Shown here: piece after piece, positions 25,186-38,622 of the stretch | Layout of the letters: each line of letters starts with the position of its first letter | Position numbering within the stretch: the first letter of the stretch is position 1 | Source: the human T2T-CHM13v2.0 reference genome, Homo sapiens | Length of the DNA stretch: 64,000 bases | Strand: one strand, 5' to 3' | Assembly: GCF_009914755.1 (NCBI RefSeq) | Contig: NC_060929.1 | Made by a program: the position numbers and the translations under genes | Notes under the pieces: model-generated | What the model saw: the letters and a program-made list of their open reading frames with translations, nothing else | What the model was told of the DNA's origin: nothing | Databases searched by the model: none

Positions 25186-27577
25186 TTCCTGGTTCAACCT
25201 TGGGAGTTGTATGTGTCTAGAAATTTGTACAATTCTTGTAGATTTTCCAGTTTATTGGCATACAGTTGCACACAGTAGCCACTAATGATCCTTTTAATTA
25301 CTGCAGCATCAGTTGCAACATCTCCATTTTCATTTTGATTTTATTTGTATCTTCTCCCTTTTTTCTTAGTCTTGCTAAATATTTGTCAATTTTGTCTTCA
25401 AAAAGTCAACTTTTTGTTTTATTGATGTTTCATATTGTTTTTTCTTTCAATTTCATTTATTTCTACTCTCATCATCATCATTTATTTTTTCTACTGATTT
25501 TCAGTTTGATTTGCTCTTGCTTTTATAGTTCTTTATAATGCACTGTTAGATTGTGTATTTAAAGTTTTTCTTCTTTTTTCGTGTAGTCACTTATAGCTAT
25601 AAATGTCCCTCTTAGTACTACTTTTGTTGTATCCCATAGGTTTTGGTATGTTGTGTTTCCATTATCATTTGTTTCAATAAGCTTTTCAATTTCCTTCTTA
25701 ATTTCTTCATTGATGTACTGGTCATTCAGGAGCATATTGTTTAACTTTCATGTGTTTGCATAATTTCCAAAATTCCTCGTGTTATTAGTTTCTAGTTTTA
25801 TTCCATTGTTGTCAGAAAAGATGCTTGATATTACTTCGTTTTTTTAAATGTCTTCAGACTTTGTTTTGTGACCCCTTATGGTCTATCCTTGAGAATGTTC
25901 AATGTGCCTAGGAAAAGAATGTGTTGTCTGTTGCTGTTGGATTAAATATTCTGTAAATATTTATCAGATCTACTTGGTCTATGGTACAGATTAAGTGAGA
26001 TGTTCTTTATTTTCTGTCTGTAAGATCTGTCCAATGTTGAAAGTGGGGTGTTGAAGTTTCCAGTTATTATGGTATTGGAGTCTACCTCTCTCTTTAGCTC
26101 TAATAATGATTGCTTTATATATCTGTGTGCTTCACTGTTGGGTGCACATATATTTAAAATTGTTATAACCCCTTGCTTAACTGACCCATTTATTATTATA
26201 TAGTGACCTTCTTTGTGTCTTCTTTTAGCTTTCGTCTTGAAAACTATTTTGTTTGATGTAAGTATAGTTACTGCTGCTCTTTTTTGGTTTCTGTTGTCAT
26301 TTAATATTTTTTTCCATCCCCCCCTCCTTTTTTTTTTAGTCTATGTGTCTTTATACGTGAATTGTGTATCTTGTAGGCAACAGATCAATGGATCTTGTTT
26401 TTTGTAATCCATTCAACCACTCTATGTATTTTGACTGGAGAGTTTAGTCCATTTATATTCAATATTATTATTAGTAAGTAAGAACTTACTCCTGCCATTA
26501 TTTTTGTTTTACTTTCTTATTGTATTGTAGTCTTCTCTTCCTTCTTTCTTTCCTTCATGTCTTCCTTTAGTGAAGGTTATTTTCTCAGGTGATACAATTT
26601 AGTTTGTTTTTTTGTGTGTGTGTATTCATTGTATGTTTTTTGGTTTAAGGTTGCCATGAGACTTGAAAATACTATCTTATAATTAATTATTTAACGTGAT
26701 AACAAATTTGCACTGTTTGCATAAACAAACAAGAAAAAGAAAACTAATAAAAACTCTTCACTTTAACTTCATCCCCCACTCTTAAACTTTTCGTTATTTC
26801 TATTTATATCTTATGGTACTGATTATGTCTTGAGAAGTTGTTATAGTTATTATTTTTTATTTGTTCATCATTTCTTCTTTCTACTTAGCATACAAGTAGT
26901 TTACACAACACAGTTACAGCATTATCGTATTCTGTGTTTACTATTATCAGTGAGTTTTATACCTTCAGATTATTTCTTATTGCTCATTAACAACCTTTTC
27001 TTTCTGATTGAAGTACTCTCTTTAGCATGTCTTGTAGGACAGGTCTGGTGTTGATAAAATCTCTCAGCTTTTGTTTGTCTGGAAAAGCCCTTTTTTCTCT
27101 TTTATGATTAAAGGATATTTTCACCAGATATACTATTCTAGAGTAAAAGTTTTTTTCCTTCAGCATTTTAAATATGTCATGCCACTCTCTCCTAGCCTGT
27201 AAGGTTTCCACTGAAAATTCTGCTGCTAGATGTATTGGAGACCAACTGTGTGTTATTTATATCTTTTCTCTTGCCGTTTTTAGAATGCTTTACTTTTGAT
27301 CTTTGGGAGTCTGATTATTAAATGTTTTGGGGTAATTTTCTTTGGGTTAAACCTTCTTGATGTTCTATAACCTTATTATACTTGGATATTGATATATTTC
27401 TCTAGGTTTGGGAAGTTCTCTACTATTATCTCTTTAAATAAACTTTCTATCACTGTCTCTTTCTCTACCTCCTTTTTAAGACCAATAACTCTTGATGTAC
27501 CCTTTTGGGGCTCTTGTCTCGATCCTGTAGGAATGCTTTTTTATTCTTTCTTTTGTTTCCTCTGACTGTGTATTTTC

Positions 27578-27907
27578 TTTTTCTTTTTCTTTTCCCTCTT
27601 CTTCTTTGTTTTTTTTTTTTTTTTTTGAGACAAAGTTTTGCTCTTGTTGCCCAGGCTGGAATGCAATGGCATGATCCAAGCTCACTGCAACATGCACCTC
27701 CTAGTTTCAAGTGATTCTCCTGCCTCAGTCTCCTGACTGGCTGGGATTGCAGGCATGAGCCACCATTCCTGGCTAATTTTGTACTTTCAGTAGAGATGGT
27801 GTTTCTCCATGTTGGTCAGGCTGGTCTTGAACTCCTGACCTCAGGTGATCTGCCTGTCTTGGCCTCCCAAAGTGCTGGGATTACAGGCGTGAGCCACTGC
27901 ACCCATC
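27578..27907 (-). mobile_element. AluSp-like element nested in L1MA
   Basis: Diagnostics gctcttgttgcccagg, tgcaatggc and tttctccatgttggtcagg. Perfect 16-bp TSD ctgactgtgtattttc (27562-27577 / 27908-27923). Confidence 0.95.
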
Positions 27908-29900
27908 CTGACTGTGTATTTTCAAACAGCCTGTCTTCAAGCTCACTGATTCTCTCATCTGCTTGATTCATTCTGCTATGAAAAAAACTCTGATACATTT
28001 TTCAGTATGTCAGTTGCATTTTTCATGCCCAGAATTTCTACTTTATTTTTAAAAATAATTTTAATTTCTTTGTTAAATTTATCTAATGGAATTATGAATT
28101 GTTTCTCTATGTGCTATCTTGAATTTCTTTTAGTTTCCTCAACACAGCTATTTTCAATTCTCTCTTTGTGAAAGTTCACATATCTCTGTTTCTCCAGGAT
28201 TGGTCCCTGGTGGCTTATTTAGTTAATTGGTGAGGTCATGTTTTCCTGGATGGAGTTAAAGCTAGTAAATATTTTTGAGTGTCTGGATATTGAAGGGTTA
28301 GGTATTTATTGTACTGTTCACTGTCTGGGCGTTTTTGTAGTCATCTGTTTTGGGGAGGGTCTTCTGATATTTGAAAGGACTTGGGTGTTGTGATCTAAGC
28401 TATATCTGCTTTAGAGGACATGGCAAGCCAGTAACACTGTGGTTCTCACAGACTCATGGAGTGCTGGTGTTAGCAAGATCCAGAAGAATTCTCTGTATTA
28501 CCAGGCAGAGACTCTTGTTCTCTTCCCTTAACTTTCTTCCAAACAAATAGAGTCTCTCTCTCTGTTCTGAGCCACCTGAAGCTGGGGGTGACTGACACAA
28601 GCACCACTGTGGCTACCACCACTATGACTGCACTGGGTCAGACCTGAAGCCAGCACAGCACTGGGTCTTGCCCAAGGGCTGCTGTCATCACTCTCTGGTT
28701 CCTGCCTATGTTTACTCAGGTTCTTGGGGCTCTGTAATTAGCCTGTGGCAAAGCCAGCCAGGCCTGTCTTTCCCTTCAGGGCAGCAAGTTCCCCTAGGCC
28801 CTAGGTGGTTCCACAGGTGCCGTCTGGGAGTCAGGGACTAGAGTCAAAAACCTTAGAAGTCTACCTGGTATTTTATTGGACTGTGCCTGAACTGGCAGTC
28901 AAACCACAAGAGGTAGTGCTTCCCCCTTTTCTCTCCTCCTTCTAAAGCCAGGGGAGTCTCACCCTAGAACCACCACCACCCCAGGCCACAAGGAGTACTG
29001 CCAGACTACCACTGATTTTCCCTTAAAGCCCAGGGGCTTTTAAGTCAACTTGTGGTGAATGCTGCCTGGCCTGGGACTCACCCTTCAGGGCAGTGGGCTC
29101 CCCTTTGGGCCAGGGCAGGGCCAGAAATGCCATCCGTGAGTCAAATCCTGGATCATGGACGTTAAGAGCCCACTTAGTGCTCTACCTACCTGTGGCTGTG
29201 CTGGTACCTAAGGTGCAAGACAAAGTCTCCTTTACTTTTTCCTCTACTTTTCCTATGCAGAAGGAATTTTATGCCATAGCCACCACAGCTGGTAATGTGC
29301 TGAGTCTCACCTGAAGCCAGCACAGCTTACAGGCTCTTCTAAGGCCACTGATGTAGTACCTGGATATCATTGCTGGTTATTCAGGGCCCAAGGGCTCTTT
29401 AGTTAGCACATGATAAATTCTGCAAGTGCTGGGCCCTTTATCTAAGGCAGTAGGTTTCCTTCTGGCCTAGGGTGTGTCTAGAAATGTTATCTGGGAGCTA
29501 GGTCCTGGAACAGGGGCCTTATGACTCTGAGAGGTGCCCTATCTTGCTATGGCTGAGCTGGTATTCAGGATGCAAGACAAAGTCCTTCTTACTCTTCCCT
29601 CTCCTCTCCTCTCCTCAAGAGCAGAAAAGGGTATGCTTTTGGAGTCCTGAGATGTGCAGCCTGGGGTTAGAGAAGGGCTGATGCCAGCACTTCCTTGGGT
29701 GCCCCAGCTGGTATCTTAGTATGTCATTTTCCCCCCAAGTCCACCGACTCCAGGCCTAGTTCAGCACTAGGACTCAGCTAAGAGTTGCTTTCCTTATGAC
29801 CTAGACTGACTTTCAAGTTTACTTAGAGACTGAGACCACTTTAACCCTTGGTGGCGAGGTTTGCGGGAATACAAATTTGGACCTCTGGGATCTGAGGTCC

Positions 29901-30249
29901 TATAAAGAGGTTTATTTAGCTCAAAATTGTGGTGATTAGAAAGTTCAAGAGCATAGTGCCTGCATCTGTTCTTCTGGTGAGAGCTTCACACTGCAATACA
30001 ACATGGCACAAAAGCAGAAAGTATGCAAAGAGACACATGTGAAATGCTGGGCTTACTTTATAGCAATTAACTCTTGTGAAAATGAATCCATTCCTGCAAG
30101 AGTGAGAATTCACTTACTCCAATGAGATGTATTTATCTATTTATGAGGGAAGTGCCTTCATGATCCAATCACCTCCCACCTTAAACGCAATCATAGTGGG
30201 AATCAAATTTCAGCGTGAGTTTCCAAGATGACACGTTTAAACCACAGCA
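29901..30249 (-). mobile_element. MST LTR, right LTR of the split provirus (first ~40-50 bp missing)
   Basis: Collinear with 21367-21794 (shared gctgggcttactttatagcaa; cattcctg.aagagtgagaat). Ends aaaccacagca and is followed by CACTT (30250-30254). Confidence 0.9.
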
Positions 30250-30559
30250 CACTTGAATTTCAGTTTTAAGGATCTGTTTCTTTATAAAGTGCCCTATAAA
30301 AGTACACTGTTTCTTCAAAATGGGTGTAAGCTTTTCAGGAAATCTTTCTCTACTGATGACGCTGGCTTTTGTTTCAAATAGAGATAAAAATATAAAGAAC
30401 ACATAAAGTTTATGAGAAGAGACAGAGGACATAGAGGAGGAGAAAGATAACTTTCTGCCTTTTAGGTGATAATTTTTAGAAAGAAAAAAAGGCGTTCCTG
30501 GTCACATGCAGCTTTTATCCTGAGGCAGGGAGATAGATAGTTTTTTTTTTATTATTGCA

Positions 30560-31230
30560 TTACTATGTCATTTTTTATTGCATTAAAAGTAGTGGAAGAA
30601 ATCAACAGAGTGATGTCACAGGAAGGGCTGAGGATGAGTTGAATAAACTTAGAAAGAATGGTCAGTGAAAGCCACTCTGAGGAAAGGAAATTTTAGCTTA
30701 GCCTTGAAGGATGAAAATGAGACTTCCATGTGAAAAGCAATGCAAAACTCTCATCACATAAAACTCTTTAGACTTTGAGGAATGGAAAATAAAATGCTAC
30801 AGCCAGTAAACAAGGCAGAGAATACAGAAGATAGGAGCAGAGAGACTGACAGGGGTCAGTTCTCACCTACTCTCCAGTTGTTTACAAACACGGGAGTACA
30901 GTAGCATGCTACTTAGAAGACACTTGGACATGTATGGTTGTCAGAATGGAAAGAAATGGGGATATGCTGACATTTAATGCCCAGGAACCAGTGATGCGAA
31001 CTTTCTGATGGTGCAAAGGAACATCCTTCACCATGCACAGCTGTTCTATTAATACTTGAAATGACCATAAAGCCACCGTCATCCCTTTCCCTTTTGGAAG
31101 ATATCAACGGGGTTTTAGTTAATGATAAAGAACTTTAGATTTTGTTCTAAATACATAGAGAATAAGATTTTATTTAAGGAAATGATATTTTCTGAATTAA
31201 ATGTTTCAAATAGTCTGGTAGTTATGTGGG
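30560..31230 (-). mobile_element. Degenerate L2 fragments
   Basis: ggtcagtgaaagccactctgaggaaagg...ttagccttgaaggatga and agaactttagattttgttctaaa resemble antisense L2. Confidence 0.5.
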
Positions 31231-32998
31231 AAATGAATGGTAGACACCATTAGTTGCATCATTTTAGGCATTTAGAGGAAACCATTTATATTGGTAACCA
31301 AAATAACATTTCGTTTCTTCTTATGAAATGGGACTGTCACTTTTTTCTGCCCCCTGAGTCAAATATATGCTTTAACTGAAGGGAGAAAGAATATTCTCAA
31401 TTATGAAGCACTGTTTTAATTCCTATTTTTATCATCTTTGGAATTTCCTCATTTACATGACCCTAAACACAGATCAAATATTAAATTAGATAACCTTAAT
31501 TCCGTTCTCTTCAAAAACTGAAAGGAAGGTGCCAGTAATTTTACATAAATCTCAGAGGCTAAATTACAGTTTTTATTAGCATTTAAAAAGCCAACATTAA
31601 TGCTAAGTTTTCAATCAAGCAACACATAAGAGTTTAACCCCATGACTCATTAACATTCCTCACAGATACAAGGTGGGTTTGAGGCGCACACAGCTGAGGA
31701 GCTGGAGCCTCCAACACAATAGAATGCCCCCGTCCTCTCTCGAATGCTGTCTACATTCGGATCTTGTTTAGGCTGCATTAGATTGTGGGTAATAACTCTC
31801 TCCTTTATCCTCTGGACCAATCAGCAACTATGTCTATTAATCCAGGACCTCATGTCAGTCCCCCTTCATTACCAATACCAAACTACCTCTTACCTAGTCA
31901 CAATAAAATATATTCAGATTCTCATAACGTATATCCTTCTGCTTTAGGAAGTTGCCAGTAGTTACTACAAAGGTTTAAACCTAGGGAGTGATATATACCA
32001 GCTGTGTGATTTGCTGAAACAGGAGGTCACTGTAGGATTACAAAAATATATCATCATAAAGTCAAAACATTTTGGAACATGAAGGGACCAAAGATATCAT
32101 TTAGACTATGTGTTGCAAACAGATAGAGAGGCAAGTAAGTAACAAAAATGAGCTCTATGTTTCTTACTCAGGAGAATTAGGATGTGGTAACAGGATAGAG
32201 GAGCCCTTTCTGAGAGCAAACACTGTTGCCATACGTGGCAAGAATAGGAACATGGACTCTTGGCACCTGCTGACATTTCTTTCAAAAGAAGCTAGAAATC
32301 CAGGCTACCTTACAAACAATTACTCAGTTTTCAACTGAACAAAACAAAAATATAGTTTGTCAGTTTAAAAGTTCTGATAATCCAATCTCCTGATTTTACA
32401 GAGATGTTAGGCACTTTTCGCAGGCTAATAGAGAGAATAAGGGATTTGGTGGGAAAACCAGAAATAGAATCAGGGATATTTTTATTTTCAATTCTTTGCT
32501 CTTTATGCATCAATGAATCTTCCTTCTTATCTCCATTACAATGTAGCCAGCACACCTTCTCAGTTTGTGTTTTCAGCTAACCAGGGCAGGCTCCTGTAGT
32601 ACATTCTGCATGATAAAGTGATCATCAGATTTTCATTCCACCAGTCAGTTGAAAATTGCTAGGGCTAGCAGAAATGTGGTTGAACCACACAGAGGCATCA
32701 AAATATGTATCTTCACTTCTGAATGTTTCCTCACAAGCATGTATTGTAAGTTATAAAAAAAACTTGAGACAAGGCATGAAAAATGGAATCACAGATCTAT
32801 ATAAAAGATCAGGCAGGTACAGATTAATGTTGATTTGTCATATCCAAGGGGCTTTAAAAACATGGACAAGTTGAAGGAGCAATACATGTCAATTTAGCCA
32901 CTTTAACATGTAAGACTAACGTAGGAGCAGTTATTAAATACCAAATCAATAGAGGGTCATTTTAAAGGATATTTTGCATAGCTGTGAATAGTATTTAG

Positions 32999-33362
<364 letters not shown>

Positions 33363-34673
33363 AGTTTGTTTATTTTTGTTACAAGTATTAATTACATATA
33401 TATATATAAATTACATATGTATATTTTAGAAGTTTGCATTTTTCTTAAAGATTTACATAAGTGGTATTATTGAGGAAATGCTGGTATAAACAGAATTATT
33501 CAATAATTCAATTGAAGAGGGCACTTTATGTGTAGGGATGAGATATACTTAGCTCAAAGATATTATAAAGGAAAGAAGTCAAATTATTTTTAAGAAAAAC
33601 ACATGCATATATGTGCATATATAAAATTACTATAAATAAAAGTGTAAGAATTTGGAAAAAGTGAGAAACAATTGAACAATTGATTTATGCATCTAAAGAT
33701 CCCCTGTATGCTTTTAAACCTCTATAAAGCGAGGTAGCAAGGTGGTAAAGCACGTGCTAAAGGGTAGAATTTATGCCACAATTAGCTTTGGTTGTAATGA
33801 ATTTCAAGTCTCATATTATATGTGAATCCTAGTGCTTTGAAATTGTTAAACTGATGTTGTTCATTGATTAGAGTTCACATATTTTAAGTAATTGGACATA
33901 TTCTCTACAGAAACAGTTGTATCTGCATAATTCTGAATTTATTTACATTTTTATCAATTCTATTTATTAGCAATAATTATAACTCATAAGCTTTATTTTT
34001 AAAGGTTTCCTAAGGAGCCTCAGATCCCAAACAATAGATGACGTTTGGAAATTTGGCACTGAAATTCTAAAAGGTAGATCCCCAGTGCAGCTAGCACTGC
34101 CATAACCTCTTTAGCCTTCTATATGCCACATACTTCCTAGGAATTCAGAATACACAATTACATTTAGGGAATTAATACCTTCCCTGATGAAGCAGGGAAA
34201 TATTTTTCTAGTGCATAAAGCCAATCAATGAGCGGTAAATACATTATCACCATAATACTGTATAGTTGACAATGTTATAAAAATAGAGCAATGAACGGGG
34301 ATATGGAATGTTGCAGGTGGGAAGAGTCATAACTTCACAAGAAAGGCTGCTGAAGGACTCTTGGAGAGGTTGCACTTGAGAAAAGACCTACTGTTAGTAA
34401 AGAAATAAAGCATTCAAATGTATCAGGAAGAATATTCCAGACAATAAAAAGTGAATAAAAAGGTATATGTTTAAAACAAGTTTGCATGTTCATAGAACAT
34501 CAAAGAGTGGCAAGAAGTCAATTTTGGTTGGAAGCACTTGGGGAAGGGGAAGACTGGTGAGGTGATTAGGTATGAGAGCCTTAAGGATGGGAGGAACAGG
34601 TGAGTAAGGAACTTGTAGGTTTTTAGGAAGACTGAGTTTGACTCTGAATAATGTAAGAAGAAATAAAAAAGTT

Positions 34674-35284
34674 AGTATGTTAGTATTCTTTTGCTACCTA
34701 ACAAATTACTGCACACATAGAGGCTTGAGACACCTATTTATCATTCATTTATTTTTTCACAATTCTGTAGGTCAGAAGTTGAAGCATGGTGTGACTGAGT
34801 TTGCTGCTCAGGTTATCACAGGACCAATATCAAGGCTTTGGCCAGGCTCTAGGAATGAATTCATTCATAAGCTTCTTCAGGTTATTGCCCAAATTTAGTC
34901 CCTGTGGTTGTAAGACTGAGGTCCCGTACTCTTGTTGGATGTAAGTTGGGCTCTGCTTCCAGCTGTTAGAGGCTCCCTGCATTCCTTTCCATGTGGCTTC
35001 CTTCATCTTCCAAGCCGAAAATGGATAATATCCCACATATCAAATCCCTCTCACTTTTCGAATTTCTTTTAACAGGAAGAACCTGGGCCCTTTTAAGTGC
35101 TTACCTAATTAATTCAGGCCCACCCCTGATAATCTAATTTTAACTGATTTGGGACCTTAATCACATCTGCCAAACTCCTTCAAAGCAACCCCTAGATTAG
35201 TTTTTGATTGAGTTACTGGGAGAAGATCTGCATATGGTAAGAGCTAGGAATCTTGGGGGCCATCTTCAAATTCTGCCTACCAAA
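34674..35284 (-). mobile_element. MLT1E-like MaLR LTR
   Basis: taacaaattac...ttctgtaggtcagaagt...ggttgtaagactgaggtccc...tcttgggggccatcttcaaattctgcctacca. Confidence 0.85.
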
Positions 35285-35811
35285 GATAGAGTGACATTAT
35301 TTGACTTATATTTTAACTCTGGCTGTTCAATTAAGACTACTCTAAAAGAGGGCTAGTGAAGAAAAAGAAAGAAGAGTAAGCTATTGCCATTGTTTAGGAC
35401 AGGGGTGATGGTAGTTTGTAACCATAGATTTGGTCACAAATGTCAGATTCTTAATATATTTTTGAAAATATAAAGGATAAAATTATTTGTTTGCATAGAT
35501 CTGTAGTATAAAAAGAAGACAGTTGTTAATAATGACGCCAAGGGTTTTGACCAAAGAAGGAAGAGGAAGATACATTTCATTGACTGGGATTGGGGTAGAG
35601 AACGGGGCTATGGGAGGTAGACTGGGGCTGGAAGATCAAGAGTTCAGTTATGAATATAATAATTTCATGACTTCTATTAGACATCTAACTGTATATGTCA
35701 AATAGATCGGTATATGTATCTGGAGTTTAGGAGAATGATATAGAACCAAAATATGAATTTGGGAGTCTCTAAAGAAGAGTATATTTGAGGCTAGAGAGGA
35801 TGATCTCACCA

Positions 35812-36456
35812 ACAAGCTTCTCTGTTTGTTTCTTTAGATATATTGCAATCTTCTCTCCTACGCTTTGTGCTCCCTGAGGCGAAAGCCTATGGACCGCATT
35901 TGAGGCTTTCAGTTGAATTTGGTTATGGAGAAGAATTGGTAGGACAGAGACACTTGAGAGAAAGTTTAGGGTAATAATTATCTCACCATCTTAGCTCTGT
36001 CTCTACCTCACCATGGCTCTGGTTGTGGCTGTATTTCTCTATACAGTATTATTTCACCCATGCAGACATAAATTATCATAATAGCATAGATAGTAGTAAG
36101 TTGTGGCAAAATAATTATAAAGTACTAATATTTGTTCCTTTGTTTTTAATATAATTCCTTTGCAATTTTTGATAATAGCTAGATTTATCTACCAGCTTGC
36201 AAAATTCCTGAAATTTTAACAGTCAGCTTTTGTTAACCAGCATGAGCTACCTTAAGCACACCACTGACCATTTCCATGGCTCCAGCACTCTGTGGAATCT
36301 ATTCACACAATATCCTGCCTTCAGGCCAGGAAGGCTTTTCTGCTAGTGCTGGTATCTGCATGCTTCATTATCTATTGGTAATCCCCTTAGCCCTGCCTCT
36401 AAATAGTCCTCTTCAATGAACACTTGAGCATGCCTGCCAAAATCAAGACTGATCCA
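35812..36456 (+). mobile_element. LTR16-like ERVL LTR
   Basis: cctatggaccgcat...ccttcaggcc...taaatagtcctcttcaatgaa...gactgatcca terminus. Confidence 0.6.
36068..36266 (-). mobile_element. MER63-like hAT DNA transposon fragment
   Basis: cagcttgcaaaattcctgaaattttaacagtcagct...agcacaccactg terminus. Confidence 0.6.
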
Positions 36457-36809
36457 GAGGTGGCATATACATAAAAAGGCATCCCGAGTATTAAGCCCTG
36501 GGAAATTTCAAAATTAATGGCTGGATGAGATGAGGAGGACCTAGTAGAACAGATTGAAAATAAGTGTCCAGAAAAGTAGAACAAAAACAAAAGTTATATT
36601 GTATTCTGGAAAGTAAGGAAAGGACAAAAGAATTATTGGCTTTGTCAAATGCTATTATTGTTTCAAGAAAATGAGGAGTGGAAATTAACCATTAGATTTA
36701 TTACTGTAGAGGAAATGATGTACTTGATATGCACAATTTTGGTGAATGGTACTGGAACCATGAAGAAAAGAAGTAGATTCGTAGGTGAATAGAAAAATGA
36801 AGTATTAGA

Positions 36810-38076
36810 TTTTTATAAAAATAATTTCAACTTCTATTTTAGATTCAAAGGGTATATATGCAGGTTTGTTACATGGGTATATTGTGTGTGATGTTCAGGT
36901 TTAGGCTACAGATGATCCCTTCACCTAAGTAGTCACACAGTACCCAACAGTTAGTTTTTTGATGCTTATCTCCCTCCTTTCCTCCTTCCCCCTCTTGTAG
37001 TCCCCAGTGTCTATTGTTCCCAACTTTATGTCCATGAGTACCCAATGTTTAACTCCTACTTATAAGTGAGAACATGTGGTATTTGGTTTTCTGTTCCTGT
37101 GTCAATTCACTTAGGATGATGGCCTCCAGCTGCACCCAGGCTGCTGCAAAGGATACAATTTCATTCTTTTTATGGCTGCATAGTATTCCATCATGTATAT
37201 GTACAATTTTTTCATTCAATCCACCATTGATGGGCATTTATGTACATGTCTATGCCACTGTGAATATAGCTGTGATGATACAAGTTTATGCATCTTTTTG
37301 GTGGAATGATTTATTTTCTCTTGGATATATACCCAGTAATGGGATTGCTGGGTCAAATGGTAGTTCTGTTTTAAGTTTGGTGAAATCTCCAAACCGCTTT
37401 CCACAGTGGCTGAACTAATTTATATTCCCACCTCTGTAGCCTCACCAGCCTCTGTCAGTTTTTGAATTTTTGATAATATCCATCTGGCTGGTGTGAGATG
37501 GTATCTCATTGTGGTTTTCATTTGCATTTCTCTAATGATGAGTGATGTTGAGAATTTTTTCATATGCTTGTGGGCTGCATGCATGTCTTCTTTTGAGAAA
37601 TAACTGTTCATGTTTTTTGCCCACTTTTTAATGGAGTTACTTGCCTTTTTTCTTGTTGCATTGTTTAAATTCCTTATAGATTCTGGATATTAGACATTTA
37701 TTGGATACACAGCTTGTGAATATTTTATCCATTCTGGAGGCTGTTTACTTTTTTGATCTTTTTTAATTAATTTATTTATTGCTGTGCTGAAGCTCTTTAG
37801 TTTAACTATGTCCTACTTGTTAATTTTTGTTTTTGTTGCAATTGTTTTTAAGAACCTGGTCATAACTTCTTTGCCAAGGCCAATGTCCAGAATGGTATTT
37901 CCTAGGTTTTCTTCTGGGATTCTTATAGTTTGTTGTCTTATACTTAAATCTTTAATCCACCTTGAGTTAATTTTTGTATATGGTGAAAGTTATGGGTCCA
38001 ATTTCAATCTTCTGCATATGGCTAGCTAGCTATTCCAGCATCATTTAATGACTAGGGAGTACTTTCCCCTTTGCTT
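36810..38076 (-). mobile_element. 5'-truncated L1 (L1PA16-like)
   Basis: Antisense 3'UTR (atttcaacttctattttagattca...) and ORF2 C-terminal remnants (ORF 37420-37611, FSKEDM...[16 protein letters not shown]). Confidence 0.92.
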
Positions 38077-38132
38077 AGGGATAATAGAGGTGGCAAGGCT
38101 GAGTGTTAGAAGCAGGGTAAGAAGGGTGTGGT

Positions 38133-38250
38133 TGTGGTAGACTGTAAATGATCCTATTCATTCATTTCTCCTTCTTGCAGGAGGATATACATCTGTGACC
38201 CTTTGATGTTAGGCTTCACCATATGACTTATATCTCACGATTACCCTGGA

Positions 38251-38289
<39 letters not shown>

Positions 38290-38622
38290 CTTTGTAGGAA
38301 GATGTGACATTCCCACCTTGCTTATCTCAGAAGTGATCACATGCATTCTTTGGTAAATGAAATGTGAGCAGAAGTGATGCCTGCCAATTCTTAAAACAAC
38401 CTTTAATAGTTACTCTTGGCTTGCCAGGTCCCTTTTACTTCTACTACTATACTGCGATTTCCCTGATAGGCTGCTCAGCCAGCCTGTTCTCTAAAACAAG
38501 ATGATATTCAAGTGAGAGCCACTCATGATGGACATGTAGCATTAACTAGATGTTAATCCTTGTTGTTTAGGCCTCTGAGATTTGGGAATTGTGTTATTGC
38601 ATTTATAATTGTCCTGAGTGAT
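38133..38622 (+). mobile_element. MLT1 (H/I/J-like) MaLR LTR containing a (CA)n repeat
   Basis: tgtggtagactgtaaatgatcc...aatgaaatgtgagcagaagtgatg...cttgttgtttaggcctctgagatttggg. Confidence 0.7.
38253..38288 (+). repeat. (CA)18 microsatellite
   Basis: Perfect CA dinucleotide run. Confidence 0.97.

Larger units (their letters stand above)
22111..29893 (-). mobile_element. Near full-length L1MA1/L1MA2-like LINE-1 (~7.8 kb including two nested Alus), ORFs disrupted
   Basis: Poly-T, L1MA-type 3'UTR (catgcaatgtgaaataagtatatcatggagaatgggg), continuous antisense ORF2, ORF1 remnant (ORF 26987-27211, ETLQARREWHDIFK) and a GC-richer 5'UTR at ~28400-29890. Confidence 0.93.
34130..36808 (-). mobile_element. 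L2 remnant, interrupted by MLT1E, LTR16-like and MER63 elements
   Basis: Antisense L2 motifs on both sides of the insertions (gaagatcaagagttcagtt; atctggagtttaggagaa; ggctttgtcaaatgct; ccattagattt). Confidence 0.65.

Noticed and set aside
28400-29890. GC-richer segment as a possible host promoter or CpG island
   Set aside because: It is the CpG-depleted 5'UTR of the L1MA element.
31860-31895. cccccttcattaccaataccaaactacctctt vaguely resembles mitochondrial COX1 (possible NUMT)
   Set aside because: The similarity covers ~30 nt with gaps and does not extend in either direction.
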